64,000 nt of DNA from Myxococcota bacterium. GTDB lineage: Bacteria; Myxococcota_A; UBA9160; JAFDDA01. The notes under the pieces are model-generated. The model was not told the DNA's origin and did not search any database. It saw only the letters and a list, made by a program, of their open reading frames with translations. The translations under genes were made by a program, and so were the position numbers. Of this stretch, positions 22,062 to 32,820 are shown piece after piece. Within the stretch, counting starts at the first letter, position 1, and every line of letters starts with the position of its first letter. The stretch covers positions 3,424,001 to 3,488,000 of the forward strand of contig OZ245817.1 of the NCBI GenBank assembly GCA_965228475.1, written 5' to 3'.

Positions 22062-22895
22062 CTAGAAAGGGAGATTCATCTGGGGATTGCTGGACTTGCG
22101 GGCTTCGCGCCAGAATTTCTTGCCCAGCTCGTGCTGGCTGAAGAACCCAAGATGGTAGATGGGTCGACCTCCGTCCTTGGAGCTGATGGCAACCGTTTCG
22201 TCTGGCCCACCGTAGAGAAAGCCACGCTCGCGCATCGAACGGCCGAACTGATCGACGATGAAGTGGCCAAAATCTCCGGTCGTCTCGGCGCGCAGATCCT
22301 TCCACAACGGATTTCCGAGAAAGTCTGCAACGACATTGTTCCCAGGTTCCGAATAGACGCCCTCGTTGCGATGAGCGTCCATGTAGGACGAGATGAGGAC
22401 CAGAAAATCCATGCGTCCTCGCATCAGCTGCTCGACAGTCTCGAAGCGCAGATTCTTGAGGTTGAATGGATCCAGGACACAGAAGGACAGGACCCCGCGG
22501 CCACCGACGCGAGGCGGGAGTTCGGCCACAACCTGCGCAGCAAGGTCGTTTGAGTCGCCCTCCAGGATCCGTACGTCCCGGCCCGGATAGTCACGCTCTA
22601 CGCGATCCCGTAACGCAGCCACACAAGTAGAATCAATGTCACAGAAGATGTAGCGATCGAAGGGATCGCGAACGGCCAAGGCCAAGAGCGTCGACGTCGA
22701 TACGATCCGCTCCGTTTCTCGGATACGTGCACGGCCGGCGCCCGCGAACAGGTCAATGTAGACCCGCGACCACTTCTTCTTCATCGAGGTCGCGAACATC
22801 TGAGCGTAGTTCGAGATCAGGCGGTACTTCTGCTCGGACCACGGCCCGACCGCGGGCGTATGCAACCCATCGTCGGCGAGGCTGGGGCTCGGCAC
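22062..22895 (-). CDS. tcmP: Three-Cys-motif partner protein (SAM methyltransferase-like fold)
   Basis: [26 protein letters not shown]; immediately upstream of DUF5131; GAGGAGG RBS. Confidence 0.85.
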   Translation of the reverse strand: MPSPSLADDGLHTPAVGPWSEQKYRLISNYAQMFATSMKKKWSRVYIDLFAGAGRARIRETERIVSTSTLLALAVRDPFDRYIFCDIDSTCVAALRDRVERDYPGRDVRILEGDSNDLAAQVVAELPPRVGGRGVLSFCVLDPFNLKNLRFETVEQLMRGRMDFLVLISSYMDAHRNEGVYSEPGNNVVADFLGNPLWKDLRAETTGDFGHFIVDQFGRSMRERGFLYGGPDETVAISSKDGGRPIYHLGFFSQHELGKKFWREARKSSNPQMNLPF

Positions 22896-22927
22896 TGCAG
22901 CGGCCTCCTCTAGCTCGGGGCTGCTAG

Positions 22928-22970
22928 AAAGTACGAAAACTCTATATTTTCGCTATTTTTTCGTCATTTC
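22928..22970. promoter_or_regulatory. AT-rich promoter/operator region upstream of tcmP
   Basis: CGAAAA-N7-TTTTCG dyad (22934-22952) plus a second TTTTCG (22958-22963) in a strongly AT-rich stretch. Confidence 0.4.
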
Positions 22971-23146
22971 ACTGCGACCCAACGATCAAGCGCGGCACAA
23001 ACATACGCCAGGGCTTCATGCCAGCCTCAAGGTCTCGGCCAGCCGCTCTTTGACGGCAAAGTGGACGCGCCCGTGCAGCCGATCGAACGACATCGGCGCG
23101 AGTCTAGTCCTCGGCTCGCGGGAGCAGAAGCGATTCGCTCGAACGG

Positions 23147-24823
<1,677 letters not shown>

Positions 24824-24926
24824 GGGGCGGAACGTAGCGGGCCAGGGAGCGTCTCTCTAGCCACGACGACCGTCGTCCGTCGAGTCTTCGGGCATCGGGT
24901 AGACTGCGGGGCGATCGGAGGTCCGG

Positions 24927-27197
24927 ATGGCTCGCTCCCTGCCCGCGCATCACGAACTGGTTCATCGCTCCTGCCCGCTGTGCGAAGCGCACTGCGGCAT
25001 CTCGGTGGAGGTCGACCGCAAGGAACAGCAGGTCGTCACCGTGAAGGGCGACCCGGAGGATCCGCGCAGCCGAGGCTACATCTGCCCGAAGGCCTACGGG
25101 CTGAAGGGCCTCCACGAAGACCCGGACCGGCTGCGGCGCCCGCTGCGCCGCAAGGGCCCCCGCCCCGCCACCGGCCCCGGCGATTTCGAGGAGATCTCCT
25201 GGGAGGAGGCCTTCGACCTCGTCGCCGAGCGGCTCTCGGGCCTGCGCGAAGCCCACGGCGCGAACAGCATCGCCACCTACATCGGCAACCCGACCGCCCA
25301 CGACCTCGGCTCCGTGATCTACGGCCAGACCTTCCAGCGCGCCCTCGGCACGAAGTGGCGCTTCTCCGCGAGCAGCGTCGACCAGCTGCCGAAGATGCTC
25401 TCGAGCGCGTTCATGTATGGGAGCCCGCTGGCGTTCCCGGTGCCGGATCTCGACCGCACGGATCACCTGCTCATGCTCGGCGCGAACCCGCTCGTCTCGA
25501 ACGGAAGCCTTTGTACCGCGCCCGACTTCAAGGGCCGGCTCGAGGCGATCCGCGCACGCGGCGGCAAGCTCATCGTCGTCGACCCGCGTCGCACGGAGAC
25601 CGCGGCGATCGCCGACCGGTGGGTGCCGATCCGCCCCGGCGCCGACGCCTACCTCCTCTTCGCCATGGCGAACGTGCTGTTCGAGGAAGGCCTCGTCCGG
25701 CTCGGCGCCCTGGAAGGCTTCACCAACGGCGTCGAAGAGGTGCGCACCCTCGCCAAGGAGTTCACCCCCGAGGCCGTGGCCGACGCCACGGGCATCCCTC
25801 CGGAGACCACGCGGGAGCTGGCCCGGGAGCTCGCCGCCGCCGAGCGCGCCGTCTGTTACGGCCGCATCGGGACCTGCACCCAGGCCTTCGGCAGCCTCGC
25901 GAGCTGGCTGGTCGACGTCGTGAACGCCCTCGCCGGCAACGTCGACGTGCCGGGCGGTGCCATGTGGCCGCGCGCGGCCTCCGGCGCGGCGAACGACCCG
26001 CCGCGATCGCCGGGCCCGGTGCCCTATGCGCGCTGGCGCACGAACGTGCGGGGACTGCCGGAGTTCAACGGCGAACTCCCGGTCGCCGCCCTGGCCGAGG
26101 AGATCGACGAAGCACCCGAGGACGTGCGCGTGCGCGCGCTCGCCACCATCGCGGGCAACCCCGTGCTCTCGACGCCGAACGGCGAGCGCCTCGGCCGCGC
26201 CCTCGAGGGCCTCGACTTCATGGTGTGCGTCGACCTCTACCTGAACGAGACCACACGCTACGCCGACGTGATCCTCCCGCCGACGGGCCACCTCGAACAC
26301 TCGAACTACGAGATGGTCTTCGACATGGTCTCCGTGCGGCACTGGAGCAAGTTCTCGCCCCAGGTGATGCCGAAGCCCGAGGGCACGAAGCACGTCCACG
26401 AGATCCTGACCGAGATCGCCGCCCGCCTTTCGGGCGTCGGGCCCGAGGTCGTCGAGCAGGTGATGCTCGCGGCACTGCTGCCCGCGACGGTCGGCGGCCC
26501 GCGGACCGCGTGTCCGGAAACGAGCGAGGCCGAGGCCCGCGAAGCCCTCGGCGACGAGCCCGGCCCCGAGCGGCTGCTCGACCTCATGCTCCGCGCAGGC
26601 CCGTACGGCGACCGGTTCGGCGAGCGCGAGGAGGGCCTCTCGCTCGAGGCCGTTCGCACCGCCGAGCACGGCATCGACATCGGGCCGATGGAGCCGCGCC
26701 TGCCCGGCATGCTCGCCACCGAGAGCGGGCGCCTCGAGCTCGCCCCGGAGGTGCTCGTGGCGGACGTCGAACGCCTGCGGGCCGAGCTCCCCGAGCGCTC
26801 CCAGCGCGACGGGCTCGTGCTGATCGGCCGCCGGAACATCCGCTCGAACAACAGCTGGATGCACAACCTCCCCTCCCTCGCGAAGGGGCCGGAGCGCTGC
26901 ACGCTGCTCGTGAACCCCGAGGACGCCGAACGGCTCGGCCTTTCGGACGGCGGCGAGGCGCGGATCCGCTCGCGCGTCGGCGAGGTCGTGGCGCCGGTCT
27001 CGGTGAGCGATGGCCTCCTTCCGGGGGTCGTGTCCCTCCCCCACGGCCACGGTCACCGCTCGCCCGGGATCCGCATGGGGGTCGCCGCGAGCCGGCCCGG
27101 GGTGAATTCGAACCTCCTGACCGACGAGTCCTGCATCGACGTGCCCTCGGGCAACGGCGTGCTCTCGGGCATCCCGGTCGAGGTCTCCCCGGCCTGA
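24927..27197 (+). CDS. Molybdopterin (bis-MGD) oxidoreductase catalytic subunit
   Basis: CPLCEAHCG...ICPK 4Fe-4S motif, DPDRLRRPL, GANPLVSNGS, VVDPRRTETA, RSNNSWMHN; GGAGG RBS. Confidence 0.9.
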   Translation: MARSLPAHHELVHRSCPLCEAHCGISVEVDRKEQQVVTVKGDPEDPRSRGYICPKAYGLKGLHEDPDRLRRPLRRKGPRPATGPGDFEEISWEEAFDLVAERLSGLREAHGANSIATYIGNPTAHDLGSVIYGQTFQRALGTKWRFSASSVDQLPKMLSSAFMYGSPLAFPVPDLDRTDHLLMLGANPLVSNGSLCTAPDFKGRLEAIRARGGKLIVVDPRRTETAAIADRWVPIRPGADAYLLFAMANVLFEEGLVRLGALEGFTNGVEEVRTLAKEFTPEAVADATGIPPETTRELARELAAAERAVCYGRIGTCTQAFGSLASWLVDVVNALAGNVDVPGGAMWPRAASGAANDPPRSPGPVPYARWRTNVRGLPEFNGELPVAALAEEIDEAPEDVRVRALATIAGNPVLSTPNGERLGRALEGLDFMVCVDLYLNETTRYADVILPPTGHLEHSNYEMVFDMVSVRHWSKFSPQVMPKPEGTKHVHEILTEIAARLSGVGPEVVEQVMLAALLPATVGGPRTACPETSEAEAREALGDEPGPERLLDLMLRAGPYGDRFGEREEGLSLEAVRTAEHGIDIGPMEPRLPGMLATESGRLELAPEVLVADVERLRAELPERSQRDGLVLIGRRNIRSNNSWMHNLPSLAKGPERCTLLVNPEDAERLGLSDGGEARIRSRVGEVVAPVSVSDGLLPGVVSLPHGHGHRSPGIRMGVAASRPGVNSNLLTDESCIDVPSGNGVLSGIPVEVSPA

Positions 27198-27279
27198 GGC
27201 ACCCCGGGCGCCGGGCCCCGCCCCGCCGAGACCGGTTCGCCCGGGAGGCGGCGGTCAGGGGACCGGGCCCGGTTTGGAC

Positions 27280-27304
27280 TCAAGGGAATCCCGGATCCGC
27301 CGAT
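27280..27304 (+). promoter_or_regulatory. sigma28 (FliA)-like promoter
   Basis: TCAAG-N14-GCCGAT about 60 bp before the lipoprotein start at 27364. Confidence 0.6.
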
Positions 27305-27363
27305 TCGGGTGCGAGTTGCGCGTGAATTGCGAACGCTCCCCCCGCCCCCCGCGGAGGATTCCC

Positions 27364-27642
27364 ATGCATCGTCTCATCCTGGTCGGCCTCGCCGCTGCGT
27401 TCCTGCCGGCGTCCGGCTGCGCCAAGGCGCCCGTCGTCGCCAACACCTCGGCCGTCGAGCTGCCGCCGGTCAATGCGGGCCCCTCGCCCTGCGACCTCCT
27501 GTTCGAGCGCCTGCGCGGCGCCCAGCCGGCCTCCGCCCAGGCGGCCTGGTTCGGCGGCCCCGAGCGCATGGCCGAGGCGCACCGCGTCCGCGCCCTCGAA
27601 GCGCGCGCCGCGGCGCTCGGCTGCGGCCTGCCGCGCAGCTAG
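27364..27642 (+). CDS. Small lipoprotein A with C-x43-C motif (92 aa)
   Basis: GGAGG RBS; MHRLILVGLAAAFLPASGC lipobox; CDLLFERL...RVRALEARAAALGC. Confidence 0.75.
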   Translation: MHRLILVGLAAAFLPASGCAKAPVVANTSAVELPPVNAGPSPCDLLFERLRGAQPASAQAAWFGGPERMAEAHRVRALEARAAALGCGLPRS

Positions 27643-27727
27643 GCCAATCGCCGGGCGGCAGGCCGCCCGCAGAACACACCCGAAAGCGGCGACGCGCTTC
27701 GCGCCGTCGGCGTGCTGGGTTTCGCCC

Positions 27728-27753
27728 TCAAGGGTTCCGCCGAGACGGCCGAT
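27728..27753 (+). promoter_or_regulatory. sigma28 (FliA)-like promoter
   Basis: TCAAG-N15-GCCGAT upstream of the lipoprotein start at 27800. Confidence 0.55.
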
Positions 27754-27799
27754 CCATGGAGGAAGCCCAACACTCGACGTTGGCGAAGAAGAGCCCCCC

Positions 27800-28126
27800 A
27801 TGCGCAACGCACTCGTCCGTCTTTCCCTCGGTCTCGTTCTCGGCCTCGGTTCCGGCTGCGCCGGCACCCTTCCGGAGGCCGCGCCGACGCCTCGCCAAGG
27901 CGCCACCCAGGCGGCCCAGCCCGATCTCGCGGTGGCCGGCTGGCGCGTCCCCTTCCAGTGCCTCGAGCTCTCGGAGCGAATCGAAGCGAGCCAGACCCGC
28001 CTCTACGAGCGGGTCTCGGGCGTGCTCTCGACCGACCGCGCCACCGACGAGCGCCGCCTGCGCTCCCTCGAGGCGCGCGCGGACGAGCTCGGCTGCCTGG
28101 TCCCGGGATCGCCCCATACCTACTGA
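27800..28126 (+). CDS. Small lipoprotein B with C-x44-C motif (108 aa), paralogue of A
   Basis: MRNALVRLSLGLVLGLGSGC lipobox; CLELSERI...RLRSLEARADELGC. Confidence 0.75.
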   Translation: MRNALVRLSLGLVLGLGSGCAGTLPEAAPTPRQGATQAAQPDLAVAGWRVPFQCLELSERIEASQTRLYERVSGVLSTDRATDERRLRSLEARADELGCLVPGSPHTY

Positions 28127-28144
28127 GGGCGCGCGGCCGGCCGG

Positions 28145-29035
28145 CTAGTCCGCGCCCTCGGACGGTGCTTCGGCGTCGGTCAGCAGCATCAGGCTCGAGG
28201 TGTCGAAGCGGCCGCCGCCGCGTTCCTGCACGCGCTCGTAGAAGCCGTCGACGATCTTCGCGACCGGCAACGGCGCCCCGTTGCGTTCCGCCTCGGCGAA
28301 GGCCATGCCGAGATCCTTGCGCATCCAGTCGACGGCGAAGCCGAAGTCGAACTCGCTGGCGATCATCGTCCGGGCGCGCGCATCCATCTGCCAGGATTGC
28401 GCCGCGCCCTTCGAGATCACCTCGACCACGCGCTCCGGGTCGAGCCCGGCCCGCCGCGCGAAGCCGAGCCCCTCGGCGAGCCCCTGCACCGCGCCCGCGA
28501 TGCAGATCTGGTTGACCATCTTGGTGAGCTGGCCGGCTCCGGCCGGCCCCATCCGGACCGCCGTTCGCGCGTAGTGCGCGAGCAGCGGGCGGACACGTTC
28601 GAAATCCGCTTCCTCGCCGCCCACCATCGTGGTGAGCTGGCCCTTGCGGGCGCCCTCCTCCCCGCCCGAGACCGGCGCATCGAGGAAGGCTACGCCGCGC
28701 GCCGCCGCGGCCTCGGCGAGTTCGCCCGCGATCTCGGCCGAAGCGGTCGTGTGGTCGACGAGCACGCTGCCGTCGGAGAGAGCCTCGAGCGCACCCTCGG
28801 TGCCGAGCAGGACGGCGCGCAGGTCGTCGTCGTTCCCCGTGCAGACGAACAGGACGTCCGCCCCGGCGGCGGCCTCGGCCGGCGTTTCCGCCGCGGCGCC
28901 GCCGAACTCCCGGACCCACTCCCGGGCCCGCTCGGCCGTGCGGTTGTAGACGCGGACGTCGTGCCCCGCGCGCGCGAGGTGTCCCGCCATCGGATACCCC
29001 ATCCGCCCGAGACAAAGGAACGCGATCTTCTCCAC
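28145..29035 (-). CDS. NAD(P)-dependent beta-hydroxyacid dehydrogenase family protein
   Basis: IAFLCLGRMGYPMA, VYNRT, FLDAPVSGG, GQLTKMVNQI, KDL. Confidence 0.9.
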   Translation of the reverse strand: MEKIAFLCLGRMGYPMAGHLARAGHDVRVYNRTAERAREWVREFGGAAAETPAEAAAGADVLFVCTGNDDDLRAVLLGTEGALEALSDGSVLVDHTTASAEIAGELAEAAAARGVAFLDAPVSGGEEGARKGQLTTMVGGEEADFERVRPLLAHYARTAVRMGPAGAGQLTKMVNQICIAGAVQGLAEGLGFARRAGLDPERVVEVISKGAAQSWQMDARARTMIASEFDFGFAVDWMRKDLGMAFAEAERNGAPLPVAKIVDGFYERVQERGGGRFDTSSLMLLTDAEAPSEGAD

Positions 29036-29079
29036 CTTCGAGCCCTCCTGCCGAGAGGGCGGCAAGCTAGCATCACCGG

Positions 29080-29994
29080 ATGCAACGCATCGTTTCGCTG
29101 CTGCCGAGCCTGACGGAGATCGTCTGCGAGATCGGCCTCGGTCCCGCGCTCGTCGGTCGCTCCCACGAGTGCGACTTCCCGGAAGACCTCGGCGAAGTGC
29201 CGGTGCTGACGGAAGCCAAGCTCGATGCCGAGGCGCCGAGCGGCGCGATCGATGCCCGCGTCCGGGAGCTCGTCGAGCGCGGGCTCTCGGTCTACCGCGT
29301 GGATCCGGAGCGCCTGCGCGAAGTGGCGCCGGACGTGATCCTGACCCAGGACCACTGCGAAGTCTGCGCCGCGAGCCTCGCCGACGTCGAGGCCGCCCTC
29401 GCCGAATGGACGGGCGCGGCCCCGCGCGTCGTCTCGGTCGCTCCCAAGCGCTTGACCGAAGTGCTTTCGAGTTTCGGCCGCATCGGCCGGGAACTCGGCG
29501 AGACCGACGCCGGCTTCGCGCTCTCCGCACGCGTGCTCGGCGGCATGGAGGAGATCGCCGCGCGCACCCATGCCATTCCCAACCCGCCGAAGGTCGCGTG
29601 CATCGAGTGGCTCGACCCCCTGATGGGCGCGGGCAACTGGATGCCCGAGCTCATCGGCATGGCCGGGGGCGAACCGCTCTTCGGCGATGCGGGCGAACAC
29701 TCCCCGTGGATCGACGCGGTGACGCTCGCCGAGGCGGACCCGGACGTCCTGCTCCTCGTCCCCTGCGGCTTCGACGTCGCCCGAACGCGCGCCGAACTCG
29801 AAGGCCTTCCGGGACGGGAGGAGCTACTCGGCCTGCGCGCGGTGGCCGCCGGGCGCGCCTTCGTCGCCGACGGCAACGCCTACTTCAACCGGTCCGGGCC
29901 GCGCCTGCTCGACTCCCTCGAGATCCTCGCCGAGATCCTGCACCCGAGCCGTTTCCCGGCGCGGCACGAAGGCTCCGGCTGGCAGCGCCTCTAG
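29080..29994 (+). CDS. Cobalamin/Fe-siderophore-binding-like (TroA/BtuF fold) protein without signal peptide
   Basis: RIVSLLPSLTEIV, GRSHECDFP, PDVILTQDHCEVCA, GNWMPELI, DGNAYFNRSGPRL. Confidence 0.8.
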   Translation: MQRIVSLLPSLTEIVCEIGLGPALVGRSHECDFPEDLGEVPVLTEAKLDAEAPSGAIDARVRELVERGLSVYRVDPERLREVAPDVILTQDHCEVCAASLADVEAALAEWTGAAPRVVSVAPKRLTEVLSSFGRIGRELGETDAGFALSARVLGGMEEIAARTHAIPNPPKVACIEWLDPLMGAGNWMPELIGMAGGEPLFGDAGEHSPWIDAVTLAEADPDVLLLVPCGFDVARTRAELEGLPGREELLGLRAVAAGRAFVADGNAYFNRSGPRLLDSLEILAEILHPSRFPARHEGSGWQRL

Positions 29995-31112
29995 TCCGCG
30001 ACCGCCCCGCCCAGGAAGCGATCCGGCAGGAACGCCTTGGCGTCCTCGGCCGTCGCCTGGCCGGAGATCCAATCGACGATGATCTCGCCGGTCACCGGCG
30101 AGAGCAGGACGCCGTTGCGGTGATGACCCGCCGCCAGCGCCAGCCCCTCGACGCCGGGCACCGGGCCGAGGAGCGGGAAGCCGTCGGGCGTGCCGGGGCG
30201 GAGCCCCGCCCAGGCCGTGCGGAAGGTCGCGTCGCCGAGCCCGGGAAGCAGCGCGCGCCCGATCGCCAATAGCTGGTTGACGCCCTCGGCCGTCACGCGG
30301 GCGTCGAAACCGACCCGCTCCTCGGTCGCGCCGAGCACGACGCTGCCGTCGCGTTTCGGGACGGCGTAGCCTCCGGCGCCGCGGAGCATGTGGCCGAGTT
30401 TCGGGGTCGGAGGGTCGAGCGAAAGGATCTGACCGCGCACGGGCTCGACGGGCGGAAGCGTCGAACCCTCGGGCCAAACGCCCGCGAGACCCGACCAGGC
30501 CCCCGCACAGAACACCACCCGCGGCGTCGACCAGGCCCCGTCGGCGCTGTCCACCCCCGTGATCCGGCCGCCCTCGACGCGGACCCCGGTGACCTCGCAG
30601 CCGGTCTCGATGCGTGCGCCGAAGCGCCGCGCGGCCGTCGCGTAGGCACGGACCAGCAGCGGACTCCGGACGTGGGCTTCGTCCGGGCAGAAGAGCGCAC
30701 CGAGTGCTTCCGGGGAGACCGCGGCTTCGCTGGCTCGCAGGGCTGACGCGTCGAGCCACTCCCCGACGCCCTCGCCAGCGGCGCGCGCCTCGAGAGAAGC
30801 GGCCTCGCCTTCCTCGTGCGCCAGGACGAGCGTGCCGCAGCGTTCCCACTCGCAGTCGACCCCGGAGCGGTCGAGCAGCTCCTTCGCGAGCGGGGCGAAA
30901 CGTTCGTGGCTGCGCTCGGCGAGGGCGCGGAACGCCCCCTCCGCGACGGCCTCGCTGCGCGGCGCCAGCATCCCGGCCGCAGCGCCCGACGCGCCCGCGG
31001 CGAGGGCGTCGCGTTCGAGGAGCGTCACCTCGATTCCCTCGCGCGCGAGGTGGAAGGCGACGCTCGTTCCGATGACGCCGCCTCCGACGACGACGACTTC
31101 ACTCGTTCGCAT
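29991..31112 (-). CDS. thiO: Glycine oxidase
   Basis: VVGGGVIG, ASGAAAGML, PVRGQ, WAGLRPGTPD, GHHRNGVLLSP. Confidence 0.85.
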   Translation of the reverse strand: MRTSEVVVVGGGVIGTSVAFHLAREGIEVTLLERDALAAGASGAAAGMLAPRSEAVAEGAFRALAERSHERFAPLAKELLDRSGVDCEWERCGTLVLAHEEGEAASLEARAAGEGVGEWLDASALRASEAAVSPEALGALFCPDEAHVRSPLLVRAYATAARRFGARIETGCEVTGVRVEGGRITGVDSADGAWSTPRVVFCAGAWSGLAGVWPEGSTLPPVEPVRGQILSLDPPTPKLGHMLRGAGGYAVPKRDGSVVLGATEERVGFDARVTAEGVNQLLAIGRALLPGLGDATFRTAWAGLRPGTPDGFPLLGPVPGVEGLALAAGHHRNGVLLSPVTGEIIVDWISGQATAEDAKAFLPDRFLGGAVAD

Positions 31113-31207
31113 CATCCGAGGTTAGCGCCCCCTCGGCGGCGAGGGCCTCCGCGCGAGCCAACCGCCCGCCGTCTTCCGACGACGGGCGGCAAGCTCCCGC
31201 GTTGGCG

Positions 31208-32227
31208 CTAGAAGGCGTACTGCCAGCCGACGGTCGCGATCCAATCCGTCTCGAGCTGCGGGCCGTCGAGGGATTGGTGGACCGGGCGCGCGATCTCGAT
31301 CGCGAGCCGATTCCCCGCCAGCGGACCGTCCGGCACGACGAAGTTCAAGCCGAGGGCCGCGTCCACGCGCCGGCCCGCCCGCAGGGCGGTGTCGGCGGTC
31401 GGGACGAAGTTCTCGTTGAAGTCGTCGTCGTCCCCGACGATGTCCTTCCACTTCTCGAAGGCCAGGCGGACCGAAGCCGAGACCCACTGGACGATCTCGT
31501 ACTCCACCCAGCCGGTCGCCATCATGCGATGCCCGAGCCGGTAGCCCTCCCGGTTCCGGCCGATGCGGTACGTCCCCTTCACCTGGCTGCCGAGGCGGAA
31601 CCGGCCGAAGTGGCCGTTCCAGGTGAGACCGGGCTGGAAGTCCGGCGTCCCCGAGCCGAGCTGCATCGGGTACGGGAGCTTCACCCGCTCCCCCCCGGTG
31701 AAGGGCAGGTTGTCCTCCGCCCGCAGCGTGCCCGTCGGCGCGCTCATGCCGATGTCGAGCAGGAGCTCGTTCTGCTGACCGGCGAAGACCCGGGCCAGCA
31801 TCGAGAGCTTCACGTCCCCGAGCCCCTTCGAGCGCGTCGTGAAGCTGCCGCCCATGCGGGTGCGGTGCTCCATGTCGAGGCGCAGGAAGGGCACCATCGC
31901 CATCAGGGTGATCTCGTCGCTCGGGGCCCACATGGCGCCGAGCATGTGCATCTCCATGTCCATGGCGGTGGGCGTCACCGGGAAGTTCGCCAGGACGTCC
32001 GAGGCGCTCTGGCGCTCCGTCCCGTCGCGGTTGCCGCGCATGCTCATGAACATGAATCGATAGGAGAGCATGACCTCTCCCGCTTTGTGGACGTGTTCTC
32101 CCATCACGCCGATCGGCGCGTGGGTGATGGCGTGATGCCCGTCGGCCCGGACCGTCCCGGGCAGCCAGACGGACGTACACAGCGCGGCCGCACACGCGGC
32201 GGCCGCCACACGAATCGCTCGTGTCAC
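31208..32227 (-). CDS. Outer-membrane beta-barrel transporter-like protein, His/Met-rich
   Basis: Signal peptide; HHAITHAPIGVMGEHVHKAGEVMLSYRFMFMSM, MDMEMHMLGAM, GLGD, LPYPMQLGSG, terminal WQYAF. Confidence 0.8.
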   Translation of the reverse strand: MTRAIRVAAAACAAALCTSVWLPGTVRADGHHAITHAPIGVMGEHVHKAGEVMLSYRFMFMSMRGNRDGTERQSASDVLANFPVTPTAMDMEMHMLGAMWAPSDEITLMAMVPFLRLDMEHRTRMGGSFTTRSKGLGDVKLSMLARVFAGQQNELLLDIGMSAPTGTLRAEDNLPFTGGERVKLPYPMQLGSGTPDFQPGLTWNGHFGRFRLGSQVKGTYRIGRNREGYRLGHRMMATGWVEYEIVQWVSASVRLAFEKWKDIVGDDDDFNENFVPTADTALRAGRRVDAALGLNFVVPDGPLAGNRLAIEIARPVHQSLDGPQLETDWIATVGWQYAF

Positions 32228-32290
32228 GAATGTCTCCTCGCGCGGGCTGCCCGAGGGCGCCCGCGAACCGTTCGATACTTCGAAGATGGA

Positions 32291-32785
32291 TCAGACGGTT
32301 CGGGAGAGAATCGGGACGGGTTCGGGCGGGTCGGCGATTGCCTCGACCCAACGGGGAGCGGGCGGGGCTCCGAGCCTTTCGATCGCCGGTACGGCGATGG
32401 GCGGGCGCGCAGCGAGCAGGCCCCGGTCGAGCCGCTGGCCGGTCACGGGCGACGGGGCGTCGCCATTGCAGCCGCAGGGGCACACGGCCTTGAAGGCGGG
32501 AGTGGATTCCTCGCCACGAGGGCGGTGCATTCCGGAGCCCGCCCCGTGATGCGCGTGGTCCGCCCCGCGGCCCGAAGCACCATGCTCGTGTCGTTCGTGA
32601 TGCGCGTGGGGAATCGCGTGACCTTCGACCTCGCGCGCGTGGGCGTGCCCGTCGCCGTGGCCTGCGTGGCTCGCGTGGGCATCGACGGTCGCGTGCTCGC
32701 CGCCCGCGGGCATGCACGGGACCGAGACCGCGCCGAGGTAGGCAGCCACGAAGGCGAGCAGGACGGTGCGCAGCGCGGGAGTCAC
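32291..32785 (-). CDS. His-rich exported protein with CPCGC and Pro-rich C-terminus (DUF2946-like)
   Basis: Hydrophobic N-terminus, long HAxH tract, VCPCGC, DPPEPVP. Confidence 0.65.
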   Translation of the reverse strand: MTPALRTVLLAFVAAYLGAVSVPCMPAGGEHATVDAHASHAGHGDGHAHAREVEGHAIPHAHHERHEHGASGRGADHAHHGAGSGMHRPRGEESTPAFKAVCPCGCNGDAPSPVTGQRLDRGLLAARPPIAVPAIERLGAPPAPRWVEAIADPPEPVPILSRTV

Positions 32786-32820
32786 GCGCAGAGCCTACGG
32801 CGGGGAGGGACCCACCGCCA

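Noticed and set aside
29991..31200. TPP riboswitch upstream of thiO, or cobalamin riboswitch upstream of the BtuF-like gene
   Set aside because: No conserved aptamer motifs, and the intergenic spaces are short with a -10 box right next to the start codon.
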